This document shows, piece by piece, positions 1 through 9,433 of a stretch of 64,000 nt of DNA. Positions within the stretch are counted from its first letter, which is position 1, and the number at the start of each line of letters is the position of its first letter. The position numbers and the translations under genes were made by a program. The DNA lies in NCBI GenBank assembly GCA_020725525.1, contig DYEX01000155.1:4328-68327 (forward strand), given 5' to 3'. The notes under the pieces were generated by a model, which did not search any database, was not told where the DNA came from, and saw only the letters and a program-made list of their open reading frames with translations. The DNA comes from Desulfovirgula sp. GTDB taxonomy: Bacteria > Bacillota > Desulfotomaculia > Desulfotomaculales > Desulfovirgulaceae.

Positions 1-668
1 ATCTTCCAGAACCCCTGGCGGGTGAGCCGGTGGCCCTGCTGATTAACAAAAAGAGCGGGAGTATTTTTACCTCTGGTTAGTTTAACCCGGGCCCTGGTGA
101 GGTATTCGGCCACATAAGAGGCCGCTACAGAACCCAGGGGGATAATCCGTTCTTTGGATCCTTTCCCAAAGCAACGCACGAAACCGTGTTCCAGATTGAC
201 ATCGGCCAGGTCCAGGGAAACCAGCTCACTCACCCGCAGGCCGGTAGCATAAAGAAGCTCCAGCATGGCCTTATCCCGTAGACCGGCCGGTGAGGACATA
301 CGGGGCTGAGCCAAAAGCCTGTCTACTTCTTCAGTGGTCAACACCCTGGGCAGGCGCTGGGCCAGGCGGGGCGATTCCAGATTAGCGGTGGGATCGGTAG
401 AAATAACTCCTTCATGAACCAGAAAACGGTAAAAAGACTTTAATGCCGCCAGGTGCCGGGAAACCGTAGCCGGAGCCCGTCCGTCTTTTTTTAATTTAAG
501 CAAATAGGCCATCACGGCACCGCGTCCTTCCCCCAGGGGATCCATCCGCTGGGACTGGCAAAAGAGCCGGTACTGGTTCAAATCAAGCTGGTAGGATGTC
601 AGGGTGTTCCGGGCCAGCCCCTTCTCCACGGCCAGATAATGGATAAAGCTCCCGATTAAACCCTGCAA
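1..668 (-). CDS. xerD: Site-specific tyrosine recombinase XerD (5' part; runs off window start)
   Basis: Hand translation from TTG at 668: MQGLIGSFIHYLAVEKGLARNTLTSYQLDL...RDKAMLELLYATGLRVSELV...GKGSKERIIP...RLTRQGFWK, the XerD signature; GGAG RBS upstream; not in ORF track because truncated. Confidence 0.93.
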   Translation of the reverse strand, partial: MQGLIGSFIHYLAVEKGLARNTLTSYQLDLNQYRLFCQSQRMDPLGEGRGAVMAYLLKLKKDGRAPATVSRHLAALKSFYRFLVHEGVISTDPTANLESPRLAQRLPRVLTTEEVDRLLAQPRMSSPAGLRDKAMLELLYATGLRVSELVSLDLADVNLEHGFVRCFGKGSKERIIPLGSVAASYVAEYLTRARVKLTRGKNTPALFVNQQGHRLTRQGFWK

Positions 669-703
669 GGCACATCGCTCCCGTGAACATTGTTACTCCT
701 TCT

Positions 704-728
704 ATTCCACGGGAAACTCACTAATCCT
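704..728 (-). promoter_or_regulatory. sigmaH-like promoter upstream of xerD
   Basis: Minus strand gcAGGAtta-...-gtgGAAT with 17 nt between AGGA and GAAT. Confidence 0.55.
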
Positions 729-787
729 GCTGATTGCCATGTTTTTCCTCACCGGTGTAGCTCAATCATCTATCGATACTGTATGAG

Positions 788-1894
788 TTAAATTTTTATC
801 AGTTCGTATTGCCGGGTGCCCAGGCCGATTTCTTCACCATAGGTCAGCTGGCGCTCCCATGCGGTCTTGGGCCACAGGGCACGGAACTTGTCCTGCACTT
901 CCCGGCCCTCCAGGCGGGAGCCGGGTAAAACTTTCTCCCCGTTGACCAGGTCGGCACAGGCCTGATCCAGGGCCACCGGGTCTAAGGAAGCCAGGATCCC
1001 AATGTCCCGCACCACGGGAGCGTCCGTCCAGCCGACACAGTCACATTCCGGAGAAACATTGGTCACAAAGTTGATGAACCCGGCCTTCCCTTTCTTACCC
1101 TGGAGCACGCCGGCGGCATATTCCACAATCTTCTCCTGGATTGCTTCCGGTTTTGTTTTCCAGTTAATAGCTATTGCCTGGACAGGACAGGTGACCGTAC
1201 ACTCACCGCAACCAATACATTTTTGCTGATCCACCGCTGCCTTTTTTGTTTCCCGGGACACGGTAATGGCTTCCGCCGGGCACCAGCGGGTGCAGCGGGC
1301 GCAACCCTCACATTTCTCGGGGTTTACCCTGGGCAGTACATCGGAGTGCATCATTTGCTTGCCGCTACGGCAGCCCGATCCCATGCCGGTGTTCTTCAGT
1401 GCACCGCCAAAACCCGTGAGTTCATGGCCTTTGAAATGACTCACCACCAGCAGGGCATCGGCATGAATCAGGGCACTACCAATCTTTACTTCTTTAAAGT
1501 GCTTAAGGTTAACCGCTACATTAATATAATCCTTACCTGTAAGTCCATCGGCAATGATCAGGGGGGCGTCCACCACGGCATAGGCAAAACCGTTCTCAAT
1601 GGCAGTTTGCAGGTGATCCACCGCGTTGGAACGGCTGCCTGCATAAAGGGTGTTCGCATCGGTGAGAAAGGGTTTCCCTCCCAGCGCTTTGACCTTGTTC
1701 ACCAGGCGGCGAATAAACTGGGGTTGCACGTAGCCGGTATTGCCCCGCTCCCCAAAGTGAATTTTAAAGGCTACCAGGTCCCTGGGCGCAATGAGATCCC
1801 TCATCCCGGCCCGCTCAAAGAGTTTTTCTACTTTATCCAGCAGATTTTCTTTACGACTGGCCCGCATATCGGCAAAAAAAACTTTAGCTGCCAG
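788..1894 (-). CDS. DUF362 domain / 2x[4Fe-4S] iron-sulfur protein
   Basis: KIHFGERGN, PFLTDANTLY, SHFKGH DUF362 motifs and two CxxCxxCxxxCP motifs; ORF track starts at 1867 but frame extends to CTG at 1894 (AAKVFFAD) behind a GGAGG RBS. Confidence 0.85.
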   Translation of the reverse strand: MAAKVFFADMRASRKENLLDKVEKLFERAGMRDLIAPRDLVAFKIHFGERGNTGYVQPQFIRRLVNKVKALGGKPFLTDANTLYAGSRSNAVDHLQTAIENGFAYAVVDAPLIIADGLTGKDYINVAVNLKHFKEVKIGSALIHADALLVVSHFKGHELTGFGGALKNTGMGSGCRSGKQMMHSDVLPRVNPEKCEGCARCTRWCPAEAITVSRETKKAAVDQQKCIGCGECTVTCPVQAIAINWKTKPEAIQEKIVEYAAGVLQGKKGKAGFINFVTNVSPECDCVGWTDAPVVRDIGILASLDPVALDQACADLVNGEKVLPGSRLEGREVQDKFRALWPKTAWERQLTYGEEIGLGTRQYELIKI

Positions 1895-2028
1895 ATATCA
1901 TCCCTCCACCAGTACGGTAACATAAAATACATGGGTATGGTTGCTCCTCAACACTTATATTCTCTTTTGGAGGGCCATTTCCTTTTCCATTGGCGTCAAG
2001 CCGAAATTTAACAAAAGAAAGCCAGAAA

Positions 2029-2301
2029 TCAATCTGACTTCCCATGGCGACCACGGTAATATTCGCGCAGGAGCTGGAACAGGCTGTCCATAAACGTACC
2101 CCGGCCCACATCATAGGGGCCAATGGCGGGATTATAAACGGAGCTGTCAGGGGAAGAAGGGCGGTGCTGGTTCAAGGGGCCACCCGTCTTGATAAGACCA
2201 TAAATATGCCCGCAGAGAAAAGCCAGGATGGCCAGCACCACCAGCATGCGCAGGCAAAACATTACTGTCCGTCTTAGCCGGGTAACAAAAATCACCAGCA
2301 T
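2029..2301 (-). CDS. Small hypothetical membrane protein
   Basis: One hydrophobic segment (MLVVLAILAFLCGHIYGLI); co-oriented after spoIIM; start uncertain (2295-2352). Confidence 0.6.
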   Translation of the reverse strand: MLVIFVTRLRRTVMFCLRMLVVLAILAFLCGHIYGLIKTGGPLNQHRPSSPDSSVYNPAIGPYDVGRGTFMDSLFQLLREYYRGRHGKSD

Positions 2302-2366
2302 GGTCTCACCGGGTTTGCGCCAACCCGGTTTTCCCTCCTTCCCATCTTTCAAATTTCTTCAGCACT

Positions 2367-2993
2367 TTACAGGGTTCCCTTCAAAATACCGATCACCATT
2401 CTGGTCAACCAGGGCGTGAAAAATGCCTCCACCAGCCCTGCCCCCACAGCTACGGCCAAAGCAACCAGCATCACCCCGGTATAGCGGGCAAAAGACATCC
2501 ATATTTCGCCCCAGGTACTGGAAGAATGGGGGAAAAACACGAGGGCAAAAGACAGGGCTGCCACCGTCCCCACAAACAGTGCCGGCAGATAAAGCAAATG
2601 CTGGGGGATAATGCAGGCCAGGGCCAGGAGCAGCCCGGACCAGGCCAGGTCATGGTTTAGAAAAGCCACCGTAAAACCAAGCACAAACCCTTTCAGGAAA
2701 ACCAGACCGAGAATAACGGGGATACCAATAAACGTTAGTCCCAGGAGGTAAAGGGTGGCCATGATGATCATCTTGTTGTACATGGCCTCCCAGGCCACCC
2801 GACCCGTATTCAAATCCAGGTCCCGGGCCTGCTTTATGAAAGCATTTATATAGTCGTGGAGTTCCTGGATCTTGACCGGGGGAAGGAAGGTAAGGTTGAG
2901 GGCCCCACATATTAAGCCGAGGGTAAAGATAATCAATACCAAAAGGCAAAGGGGCCAGCTGCTTCTCAGGGAATTCCGGAAAACGTCCAGCAA
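2367..2993 (-). CDS. spoIIM: Stage II sporulation protein M
   Basis: Multi-TM protein with GLTFIGIPVILGLVFLKGFVLGFTV and IPQHLLYLPA ... GLVEAFFTP motifs; position near xerD. Confidence 0.9.
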   Translation of the reverse strand: MLDVFRNSLRSSWPLCLLVLIIFTLGLICGALNLTFLPPVKIQELHDYINAFIKQARDLDLNTGRVAWEAMYNKMIIMATLYLLGLTFIGIPVILGLVFLKGFVLGFTVAFLNHDLAWSGLLLALACIIPQHLLYLPALFVGTVAALSFALVFFPHSSSTWGEIWMSFARYTGVMLVALAVAVGAGLVEAFFTPWLTRMVIGILKGTL

Positions 2994-3026
2994 TGCTCTT
3001 CCCCCCTTCCAACCTGTCCATGCTCA

Positions 3027-3055
3027 TATATATGGTCGAAGAAGGGGGTGTATGA
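3027..3055 (-). promoter_or_regulatory. sigmaE-like promoter for spoIIM
   Basis: Minus strand tcATA-N16-CATATATA; spoIIM is sigmaE-dependent in Bacillus. Confidence 0.6.
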
Positions 3056-3067
3056 ATGGAGGGGGGA

Positions 3068-3727
3068 TTAAAAATGTTCAAGGATCAGGCGGTAAATATA
3101 TTCGGCAGCCAGCAAGTCTTCCAGGGAATTACTGCTGGCGGCTACCACGGCAATGCCCCGGTGTATTTTCTCTGCCGCCTCCACCGTCCGGATGGCAGCA
3201 GCCATGGCCGGGTCTTTTCCTTTTTTGTGGCGTGTACGGGCCACCGTTCCAGTAAGGACCACCGGGGCACCGGCAGTAAGGGCGGCATCAAAGGCCACCC
3301 CCCCGGAGCCCGTGGCCGCCACTACCACCCTTTCTTTAAAGTCTGCCAGTTCAGCAACGGAAGCGCCCAAATTGGGAACTACGGCCTCAAGCTTTGCCCC
3401 GGCAGCGGCAATGCCCCCGAGCATCTTTTGTATGCCGGCCTTGCGCTGCTCCCCGGTACCGGTGCGGGGTTCGGCAATCACCACCACACCGGTGCCCAGT
3501 TTCCGGGCCCTTTCCCCGGCCAGCCGGCCCACCCCTCCCGGATCTACGGCAACCGGAGGGCTGGCTGCATCGGGACTGGCACCGAACACCGCCGCCGCTC
3601 CTTCATCCAGGGCGGCTTCCAGGCTGGTGGACATATCAACCACATCTACCACCACAACCACCAGGCCCTGCCGGGCGGCCCAGGCGGCTCCGCTGGCGTT
3701 GGCGGTAAGGATCACCACGGGTAACAA
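3068..3727 (-). CDS. ComB (2-phosphosulfolactate phosphatase)-like hypothetical protein
   Basis: N-terminal VVVVDVVDMSTSLEAAL resembles the ComB VVxDVL motif; C-terminal SLEDLLAA. Confidence 0.5.
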   Translation of the reverse strand: MLPVVILTANASGAAWAARQGLVVVVVDVVDMSTSLEAALDEGAAAVFGASPDAASPPVAVDPGGVGRLAGERARKLGTGVVVIAEPRTGTGEQRKAGIQKMLGGIAAAGAKLEAVVPNLGASVAELADFKERVVVAATGSGGVAFDAALTAGAPVVLTGTVARTRHKKGKDPAMAAAIRTVEAAEKIHRGIAVVAASSNSLEDLLAAEYIYRLILEHF

Positions 3728-3782
3728 AATCTCACCCCATTACGTAATACCATTAAATACCAGGGCACATATTTAACTGAGG

Positions 3783-4889
3783 TCAGGGCTTCCCTTCACT
3801 GAGGGCATTTGTTTTTAAAAACAGCCCGGCGGCGTATACCCCGGCTGCGCCGGCGGCAAGGAAAAATTCCGGATCCTGATCTATGCCCCGACCCATGGTG
3901 GTGACGGAAAGGCCGTATTCCTTCAACACCTCCAGGGTGGGGTTATCTTTTACCACGACCACCCGGTGCCTGTCCAGGATGCCGCTGTCCTGCAACTGCC
4001 GCCAGACCAGGGCATGCTTTTCCTGCGCCAGGACCGGAATGGGGACTGTACAGGAGGCGAGGGCTACCCGGCCCAGGGCAGTTCTGGTATGATGGCTCAA
4101 GCCCCGGTGGCGTTCCCGGGCATCGGCAAAGCCGATGCGTGGTACCGCCACCGGCTGTCCCTCCAGGACATGTACTGCATTGACCAGTTCTCCCTGTTCT
4201 ACGCCGGTAAAACCAAAGATTGAACCGGTACCGACAATGCCCGGTCCCATGGCCGCAATGATGATATCTGCCCCGGCTACACCCCGGGCGGCCAGAAGGC
4301 CGCTGTAGACGGTGACGGCTTCGTAGTCCCCGCCAAAGGCATGGCCGCAGGTGATGGTGGATGACAGAAGCCCTTTTTCTTTGAGTTCATATACCAGCCG
4401 GCTTAAAGGAAGGGGCAGGGCCCCACCATCGGTCATCAAATAGACCACCCGGGCCTTCCCCCCGGTCAGCTTGTGAATTACCGCTGCAGCCGGAGCAATC
4501 ATGCTGTGCAGGGAGGCTATGATTACCGGAATACCGTTAAGGGAATCCACCTTTCGGAAGGACTGGTTGCCGGGATGTTCCTCCTCCTCTACTGCCAGCA
4601 CCTTCACCTGGGCGGGGGTATAGCGGGCTTTCATAATATGCCCGGCACAGGAAACATCCAGCACTGGATTGGCCAGGTTGGCCATAATAAAATGGGTACC
4701 TCCGGTACCCAGCTTCTTGTATACGGCGGTAGTGTTCAGAACCACCGTATCACCCGGTTTAACCGGACCGGTGAGCTGATCATAGTTAACAGCCTGCTCT
4801 TCCCGCCCCTCCACCCCGACCAGGACCTCGGTCAGTCCCGGGCGTCTGGCCAGGACGGCTACAACTTTTCCCGTACGGATGCGGATCAT
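3783..4889 (-). CDS. DUF3866 family protein
   Basis: VLNTTAV...LGTGGTHF, GHIMKARYTPAQ, LHSMIAP, YLMTDGGALP, ITCGHAFGGDYEAV motifs recalled for DUF3866. Confidence 0.8.
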   Translation of the reverse strand: MIRIRTGKVVAVLARRPGLTEVLVGVEGREEQAVNYDQLTGPVKPGDTVVLNTTAVYKKLGTGGTHFIMANLANPVLDVSCAGHIMKARYTPAQVKVLAVEEEEHPGNQSFRKVDSLNGIPVIIASLHSMIAPAAAVIHKLTGGKARVVYLMTDGGALPLPLSRLVYELKEKGLLSSTITCGHAFGGDYEAVTVYSGLLAARGVAGADIIIAAMGPGIVGTGSIFGFTGVEQGELVNAVHVLEGQPVAVPRIGFADARERHRGLSHHTRTALGRVALASCTVPIPVLAQEKHALVWRQLQDSGILDRHRVVVVKDNPTLEVLKEYGLSVTTMGRGIDQDPEFFLAAGAAGVYAAGLFLKTNALSEGKP

Positions 4890-4903
4890 TCCATGGCCTC
4901 CAA

Positions 4904-6028
4904 CTACTGGTTGCTGATATTAGCCACCCGGATAATCTCCAGGAGGTACCGGGCATTGGTCACCAGATCCTCCACCTTGATAAACTCGTCGGTAGTATGG
5001 ACCTTTTGCATGGCAATGCCCAGGTTGACACAGGTAATGCCCCGGGAGTTGAAGATATTGGCGTCGCTGCCCCCACCTGTTTTAACCAGCCGGGGAACCA
5101 GTCCCATATTTTCAGCCGCCCTTTTGGCCAGCAAAACGGCCGGATGGGACTGGTCCAGCTTAAATTCGGGGTAGAGGGTCTGGGTTACCACTTCCACCGT
5201 AGCCCCAAATTCGGCCGCAGTTGTTTTAAGCGTCTCTACCATTGCCGCCGTTTGGGCCCGGCATTTCGCCCCGTCAAGACTCCTGGTTTCCCCCTGCAGG
5301 CGGCAGGAATCGGGCACAATGTTAATGGCCATACCACCGGAGATGACCCCGATGTTGGCCGTGGTTTCTTCATCAATGCGACCCAGGGCCATCCGCGTGA
5401 TGGCATGGGAAGCGACGGCAATGGCATTGATGCCTTCTTCAGGATTGATCCCCGCATGGGCCGCCCGGCCCCGGATGACCGCCTCGATCTTATCCTGGGT
5501 GGGCGCCTGCACCACAATTGTCCCGGTAGGCCCGTCACAGTCCAGTACATAACCGATGGAAGAGCGCAACCGGGTATGGTCCAGGTGTTTGGCCCCCAGA
5601 AGGCCAATTTCCTCCCCAATGGTGAAGACCACTTCCAGCCCGCCGTGCTCCAGCTGTTGCTCCGTGATGACCCGGAGCACCTCCAGGATGGCTGCTATCC
5701 CGGCCTTATCATCGCCCCCCAGAACGGTATCGCCGGCCGAACGGACAATGCCGTTCTCCACTACGGGCCGCACTCCCTGGCCCGGCTCCACCGTATCCAT
5801 GTGGGCCACCAGCAAAAGAGGGCGATCCTGGCCCCGGGCCGGGAGGGTGGCCATTAAATTGCCGGCTTCCCCGCCGGTTTCGGCCCCCGCCCGGTCCTCG
5901 TAAACATCCAATCCCAGGCCTCTCAAACGGGCCGCAAGCAGGTCCGCCAGTGCCCGTTCCCGTTTGCTGACGCTATCTACCTGTACCAGCTCGAGAAATT
6001 CGGCCAGGATTCTATCCTGATTGATCAT
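4904..6028 (-). CDS. M20 family peptidase T-like metallohydrolase (YqjE-like)
   Basis: AHMDTVEPG, LGGDDKAG, GEEIGL, GGGSDAN, HTTDE metal-binding motifs; start set at MINQDRILAEF. Confidence 0.9.
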   Translation of the reverse strand: MINQDRILAEFLELVQVDSVSKRERALADLLAARLRGLGLDVYEDRAGAETGGEAGNLMATLPARGQDRPLLLVAHMDTVEPGQGVRPVVENGIVRSAGDTVLGGDDKAGIAAILEVLRVITEQQLEHGGLEVVFTIGEEIGLLGAKHLDHTRLRSSIGYVLDCDGPTGTIVVQAPTQDKIEAVIRGRAAHAGINPEEGINAIAVASHAITRMALGRIDEETTANIGVISGGMAINIVPDSCRLQGETRSLDGAKCRAQTAAMVETLKTTAAEFGATVEVVTQTLYPEFKLDQSHPAVLLAKRAAENMGLVPRLVKTGGGSDANIFNSRGITCVNLGIAMQKVHTTDEFIKVEDLVTNARYLLEIIRVANISNQ

Positions 6029-6065
6029 CGGTACCCCTCCAGCAGGTAAACTGTCCGGTGCACCA

Positions 6066-6626
6066 TCATCCCGCCCGGGCCGCGGCAGAGCGGTGCACCA
6101 GAGCGGCACCGGCTTCTAAGGCCCGGCGGTTCAGGGGAATCATGTCATGGCGATGGGGAGGCAACACCTCGCGCAGGGATTTTTCCACCGCGTCCGGGGT
6201 AACCACGCCCGTTAATTCCAGCAATGCCCCCAGGATCACGTTATTGGCCACCTTGCTGCTGCCAAGCTCCTCGGCCAGTTCATTGGCCGGAATATAATAC
6301 ACCCGGACATCTTTACGGGTAGCTTTGATATCAATAAGGGAACTATTGACCAGGATCAGCCCCCCGGGGACTACGCTCCCTTCAAACTTTTCCAGGGAGG
6401 GGCGATTCATTACAATCAGGGAAGTGGGTTCGGTAACCACCGGGGAACTGATGGGATAATCGGAAATGGTTACCCCGCAATTGGCCGTACCGCCCCGCAT
6501 TTCCGGACCGTAGGAGGGAATCCAGGATACGTGCTTCCCTTCCAGCATACCGGCGTAGGCCAGTAGCTGCCCGGTGGAAAGGACACCCTGCCCCCCAAAA
6601 CCGGCGATGAGTATTGCCTGATACAT
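6066..6626 (-). CDS. 2-oxoacid:ferredoxin oxidoreductase gamma subunit
   Basis: AGFGGQGVLSTG, PSYGPEMRGGTANC. Confidence 0.92.
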   Translation of the reverse strand: MYQAILIAGFGGQGVLSTGQLLAYAGMLEGKHVSWIPSYGPEMRGGTANCGVTISDYPISSPVVTEPTSLIVMNRPSLEKFEGSVVPGGLILVNSSLIDIKATRKDVRVYYIPANELAEELGSSKVANNVILGALLELTGVVTPDAVEKSLREVLPPHRHDMIPLNRRALEAGAALVHRSAAARAG

Positions 6627-6627
6627 T

Positions 6628-7374
6628 TTAACCGACCTCCGCAGGTTTTTTGTACTCCCCCAGGGGATAGTAGGGAATCATGTTTTCGGCCAACCATTTT
6701 AACGCTTCAACCGGGGGCAAACCCCAGTTGGTCGGACAGGCCGACAGCACCTCGACGAGGGAAAAGCCCAAACCGGCCAGCTGTACTTCAAAGGCGCGCT
6801 TGATGGCCTTTTTGGCCTTCACCACGCTGGCCGGATCGTGCACGGAAACCCGGGCCACATAGGCCGTACCGTCCAGTACACTGAGCATTTCCGCTATTTT
6901 GACCGGGTAACCGTTAACCTCCTTATCCCGGCCGTAAGGGGTGGTGGTGGTCTTCTGCCCCAGCAGGGTGGTGGGAGCCATCTGACCGCCGGTCATGGCA
7001 TAAATGGCGTTATTGATAAAAATCACCGTAAATTTCTCTCCCCGGGCTGCGGCGTGGACTATTTCTCCCGTACCAATGGCTGCCAGGTCGCCATCCCCCT
7101 GGTAGGTAAAAACCACCCGGTCGGGAAGCACCCGCTTAATCCCGGTGGCCACAGCCGGAGCACGGCCGTGGGAAGCCTGAAACATATCGCAATCAAAGTA
7201 ATTGTAGGCAAAAACCGAGCACCCTACCGGTGCTACACCGATGGTGCGATCAAAGATGTCCAGTTCGTCAATTACCTCGGCCACCAGACGGTGAACAATG
7301 CCGTGGGTACAACCGGGACAGTAATGGGTAGGAATATCCTTTAACGACCTGGGTCTGGTGAAAACCTTTTGCAT
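6628..7374 (-). CDS. 2-oxoacid:ferredoxin oxidoreductase beta (TPP-binding) subunit
   Basis: [25 protein letters not shown]...[18 protein letters not shown]; start overlaps alpha stop. Confidence 0.92.
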   Translation of the reverse strand: MQKVFTRPRSLKDIPTHYCPGCTHGIVHRLVAEVIDELDIFDRTIGVAPVGCSVFAYNYFDCDMFQASHGRAPAVATGIKRVLPDRVVFTYQGDGDLAAIGTGEIVHAAARGEKFTVIFINNAIYAMTGGQMAPTTLLGQKTTTTPYGRDKEVNGYPVKIAEMLSVLDGTAYVARVSVHDPASVVKAKKAIKRAFEVQLAGLGFSLVEVLSACPTNWGLPPVEALKWLAENMIPYYPLGEYKKPAEVG

Positions 7375-8435
7375 CACTGTCCTTCCCCCCCGTACAGTTT
7401 TTTCACTTCCCGCACCACATCGGCAGCCACGGGAAGCATACCGCCGCAACGGCCGTAAAAATAAACGGGACGGCGGCCGTTCACCGTCAGGCGGACATCC
7501 TCCACCATCTGTCCCAGGCTCATTTCCACCACCAGAAAACCCTCGGCTTCATTAATAACCGGCGCAAAGGCTTTTTGCGGGAAGGGCCAGAGGGTGATGG
7601 GCCGGATCAGGCCCACCGCCAGGCCTTCTTCCCGGCAGCGGTCTACCACCGCCTTGCAGATGCGGGCAGCGGTACCAAAGGCTACCAGCACCAGCTTCGC
7701 ACCGGCCAGCTGGTATTCCTCCCAGCGTTGCTCCTGTTCGATGATCAGGGTATATTTTTGAGCCAGTTTAAGATTATGCTGCTCCAGTTCTTCGGGAACA
7801 ATGTACAGGGAGCTGATCAACTTTTTATCCCCGCCCATGCGCCCCGTTGCGGCCCAGGGCCGGGGGGGAATCTCTATTTCCTTTTCTTCTCCCAGTTCCA
7901 CCGGCTCCATCATCTGCCCCAGGATGCCATCCCCCGCCACCATCACGGGGTTACGGTAGCGATCGGCCAGGTCAAAGGCCACCTGCATCAAATCAATGAT
8001 CTCCTGTACCGAGGCGGGGGCCAGGACAATCACCCGGTAATCCCCGTGTCCGCCCCCTCTGGTAGCCTGAAAGTAGTCCGACTGGGCCGGGGCAATGTTG
8101 CCCAATCCGGGGCCGCCCCGGATCATATTCACAATCACACAGGGCAACTCAGCCCCCGCCAGATATGAAATGCCTTCCTGCATCAGGCTGATACCCGGAC
8201 CGGAAGAGGAAGTCATCACCCGGGCACCGGCCCCGGCGGCGCCGTAAACCATATTAATGGCCGCCGTTTCACTTTCCGATTGCAGGTAAAGCCCTCCTAC
8301 TTCCGGAAGGCGTTTGGCCAGGTAGTGGGGCAGTTCACTCTGGGGTGTAATGGGATAGCCGAAAAAATAGCGGCACCCCGCCCTTACTGCACCTTCCCCG
8401 ATGGCCTCGTTTCCTTTCATTAAGATTTTAGCCAA
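7374..8435 (-). CDS. vorB: 2-oxoacid:ferredoxin oxidoreductase alpha subunit (branched-chain VorB-type)
   Basis: [16 protein letters not shown]...[34 protein letters not shown]. Confidence 0.88.
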   Translation of the reverse strand: MAKILMKGNEAIGEGAVRAGCRYFFGYPITPQSELPHYLAKRLPEVGGLYLQSESETAAINMVYGAAGAGARVMTSSSGPGISLMQEGISYLAGAELPCVIVNMIRGGPGLGNIAPAQSDYFQATRGGGHGDYRVIVLAPASVQEIIDLMQVAFDLADRYRNPVMVAGDGILGQMMEPVELGEEKEIEIPPRPWAATGRMGGDKKLISSLYIVPEELEQHNLKLAQKYTLIIEQEQRWEEYQLAGAKLVLVAFGTAARICKAVVDRCREEGLAVGLIRPITLWPFPQKAFAPVINEAEGFLVVEMSLGQMVEDVRLTVNGRRPVYFYGRCGGMLPVAADVVREVKKLYGGEGQ

Positions 8436-8658
8436 CCCGGACCACCTCCCTTTCTACCTCGATGACCAGATCCGGACACATGCGGGCGCAGGTGGCACAG
8501 CCGGTACATCTGCTTTGGTCCTCAATGGTTGCCGGGTGAAAACCCATGCTGTTGATATGTTTGGCCATGGTAATTATGCCCCTGGGGCAAAAGTTAACAC
8601 AAAGTTCGCAACCCTTGCAACGTTCTTCTCTGAAGGTAACTCGCGCTACAACCAACAA
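8428..8658 (-). CDS. Ferredoxin-type delta subunit, 2x[4Fe-4S]
   Basis: CKGCELCVNFCP and CTGCATCARMCPD. Confidence 0.9.
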   Translation of the reverse strand: MLVVARVTFREERCKGCELCVNFCPRGIITMAKHINSMGFHPATIEDQSRCTGCATCARMCPDLVIEVEREVVRVG

Positions 8659-8673
8659 TCTCCCTCCCCATAA

Positions 8674-9363
8674 CTAAGAAAAAACCTGCCACGGGGCCTG
8701 CATAAAGAGGTTTAAGGGTAACACGGGCAGTTCCCGGGGAAGGTGGGGACGCAGCTGTTCCACCAGTTCCCGGCGCGCTGCCACCATTACCACCGGCAGG
8801 TTCAAGGCACTGGCCGCTTCCTGCACCACCCGGTGGCCGGTCAGGATGGTTTCCTCATCCGTAACCGCCCCGAGATTGGTATTGCTTACCAGGCCCGTTA
8901 CCTGCAGGCGGCAGGCTTTCTCTATGCCCTCCAGCATACTGATGATGCCCTCTTTATCCCGGGTGAAGGGACGGCAGGCATTGACCACCAGCCAGAGGTG
9001 GTAGTCCCCGGCAGGCAGCAGGGGTTTGAACCGTCCCAGCACCGTCGCGCCCACCTCATCGCCACCCACATCAAAAACCCCATACCGGCCGGGATCTTCC
9101 AGCACCCCGCGGATGGCCGGGGGCAGGGCCGGTATATCGGCCCTCATCCATTCGCCCCGGGGGCAAATCACCGTCAGCCCCAGCTGTTCAAGCTTTTCCC
9201 TGACCAGACGGGTGCGAAAATAGGGGTTCACCACATCCACGTCGATTACGGACGTGGGCAAACCCCGTTCCTTTAAGGAAAGGGCAAAATTAATGGCCAG
9301 TTCGGTTTTTCCGCTACCCAGATGGCCGGTGAAAATGGTTATTCTCTTTAGACTTAAGCTCAC
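8674..9363 (-). CDS. P-loop ATP-binding protein (MinD/ParA-like) heading the oxidoreductase operon
   Basis: Walker A GHLGSGKT, DVDVVNPYFR, DVGGD. Confidence 0.75.
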   Translation of the reverse strand: MSLSLKRITIFTGHLGSGKTELAINFALSLKERGLPTSVIDVDVVNPYFRTRLVREKLEQLGLTVICPRGEWMRADIPALPPAIRGVLEDPGRYGVFDVGGDEVGATVLGRFKPLLPAGDYHLWLVVNACRPFTRDKEGIISMLEGIEKACRLQVTGLVSNTNLGAVTDEETILTGHRVVQEAASALNLPVVMVAARRELVEQLRPHLPRELPVLPLNLFMQAPWQVFS

Positions 9364-9387
9364 CCGGGATCACCCCACGGTCAAAAC

Positions 9388-9412
9388 ATTCGACAAAGAC
9401 CCCCAAATTCCT
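9388..9412 (-). promoter_or_regulatory. sigmaH-like promoter with overlapping consensus Spo0A box
   Basis: atAGGAatt-N-gtcGAAT, 17 nt spacer; TGTCGAA at 9389-9395. Confidence 0.65.
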
Positions 9413-9433
9413 ATCCCGCCGGAGAAAAACTGT

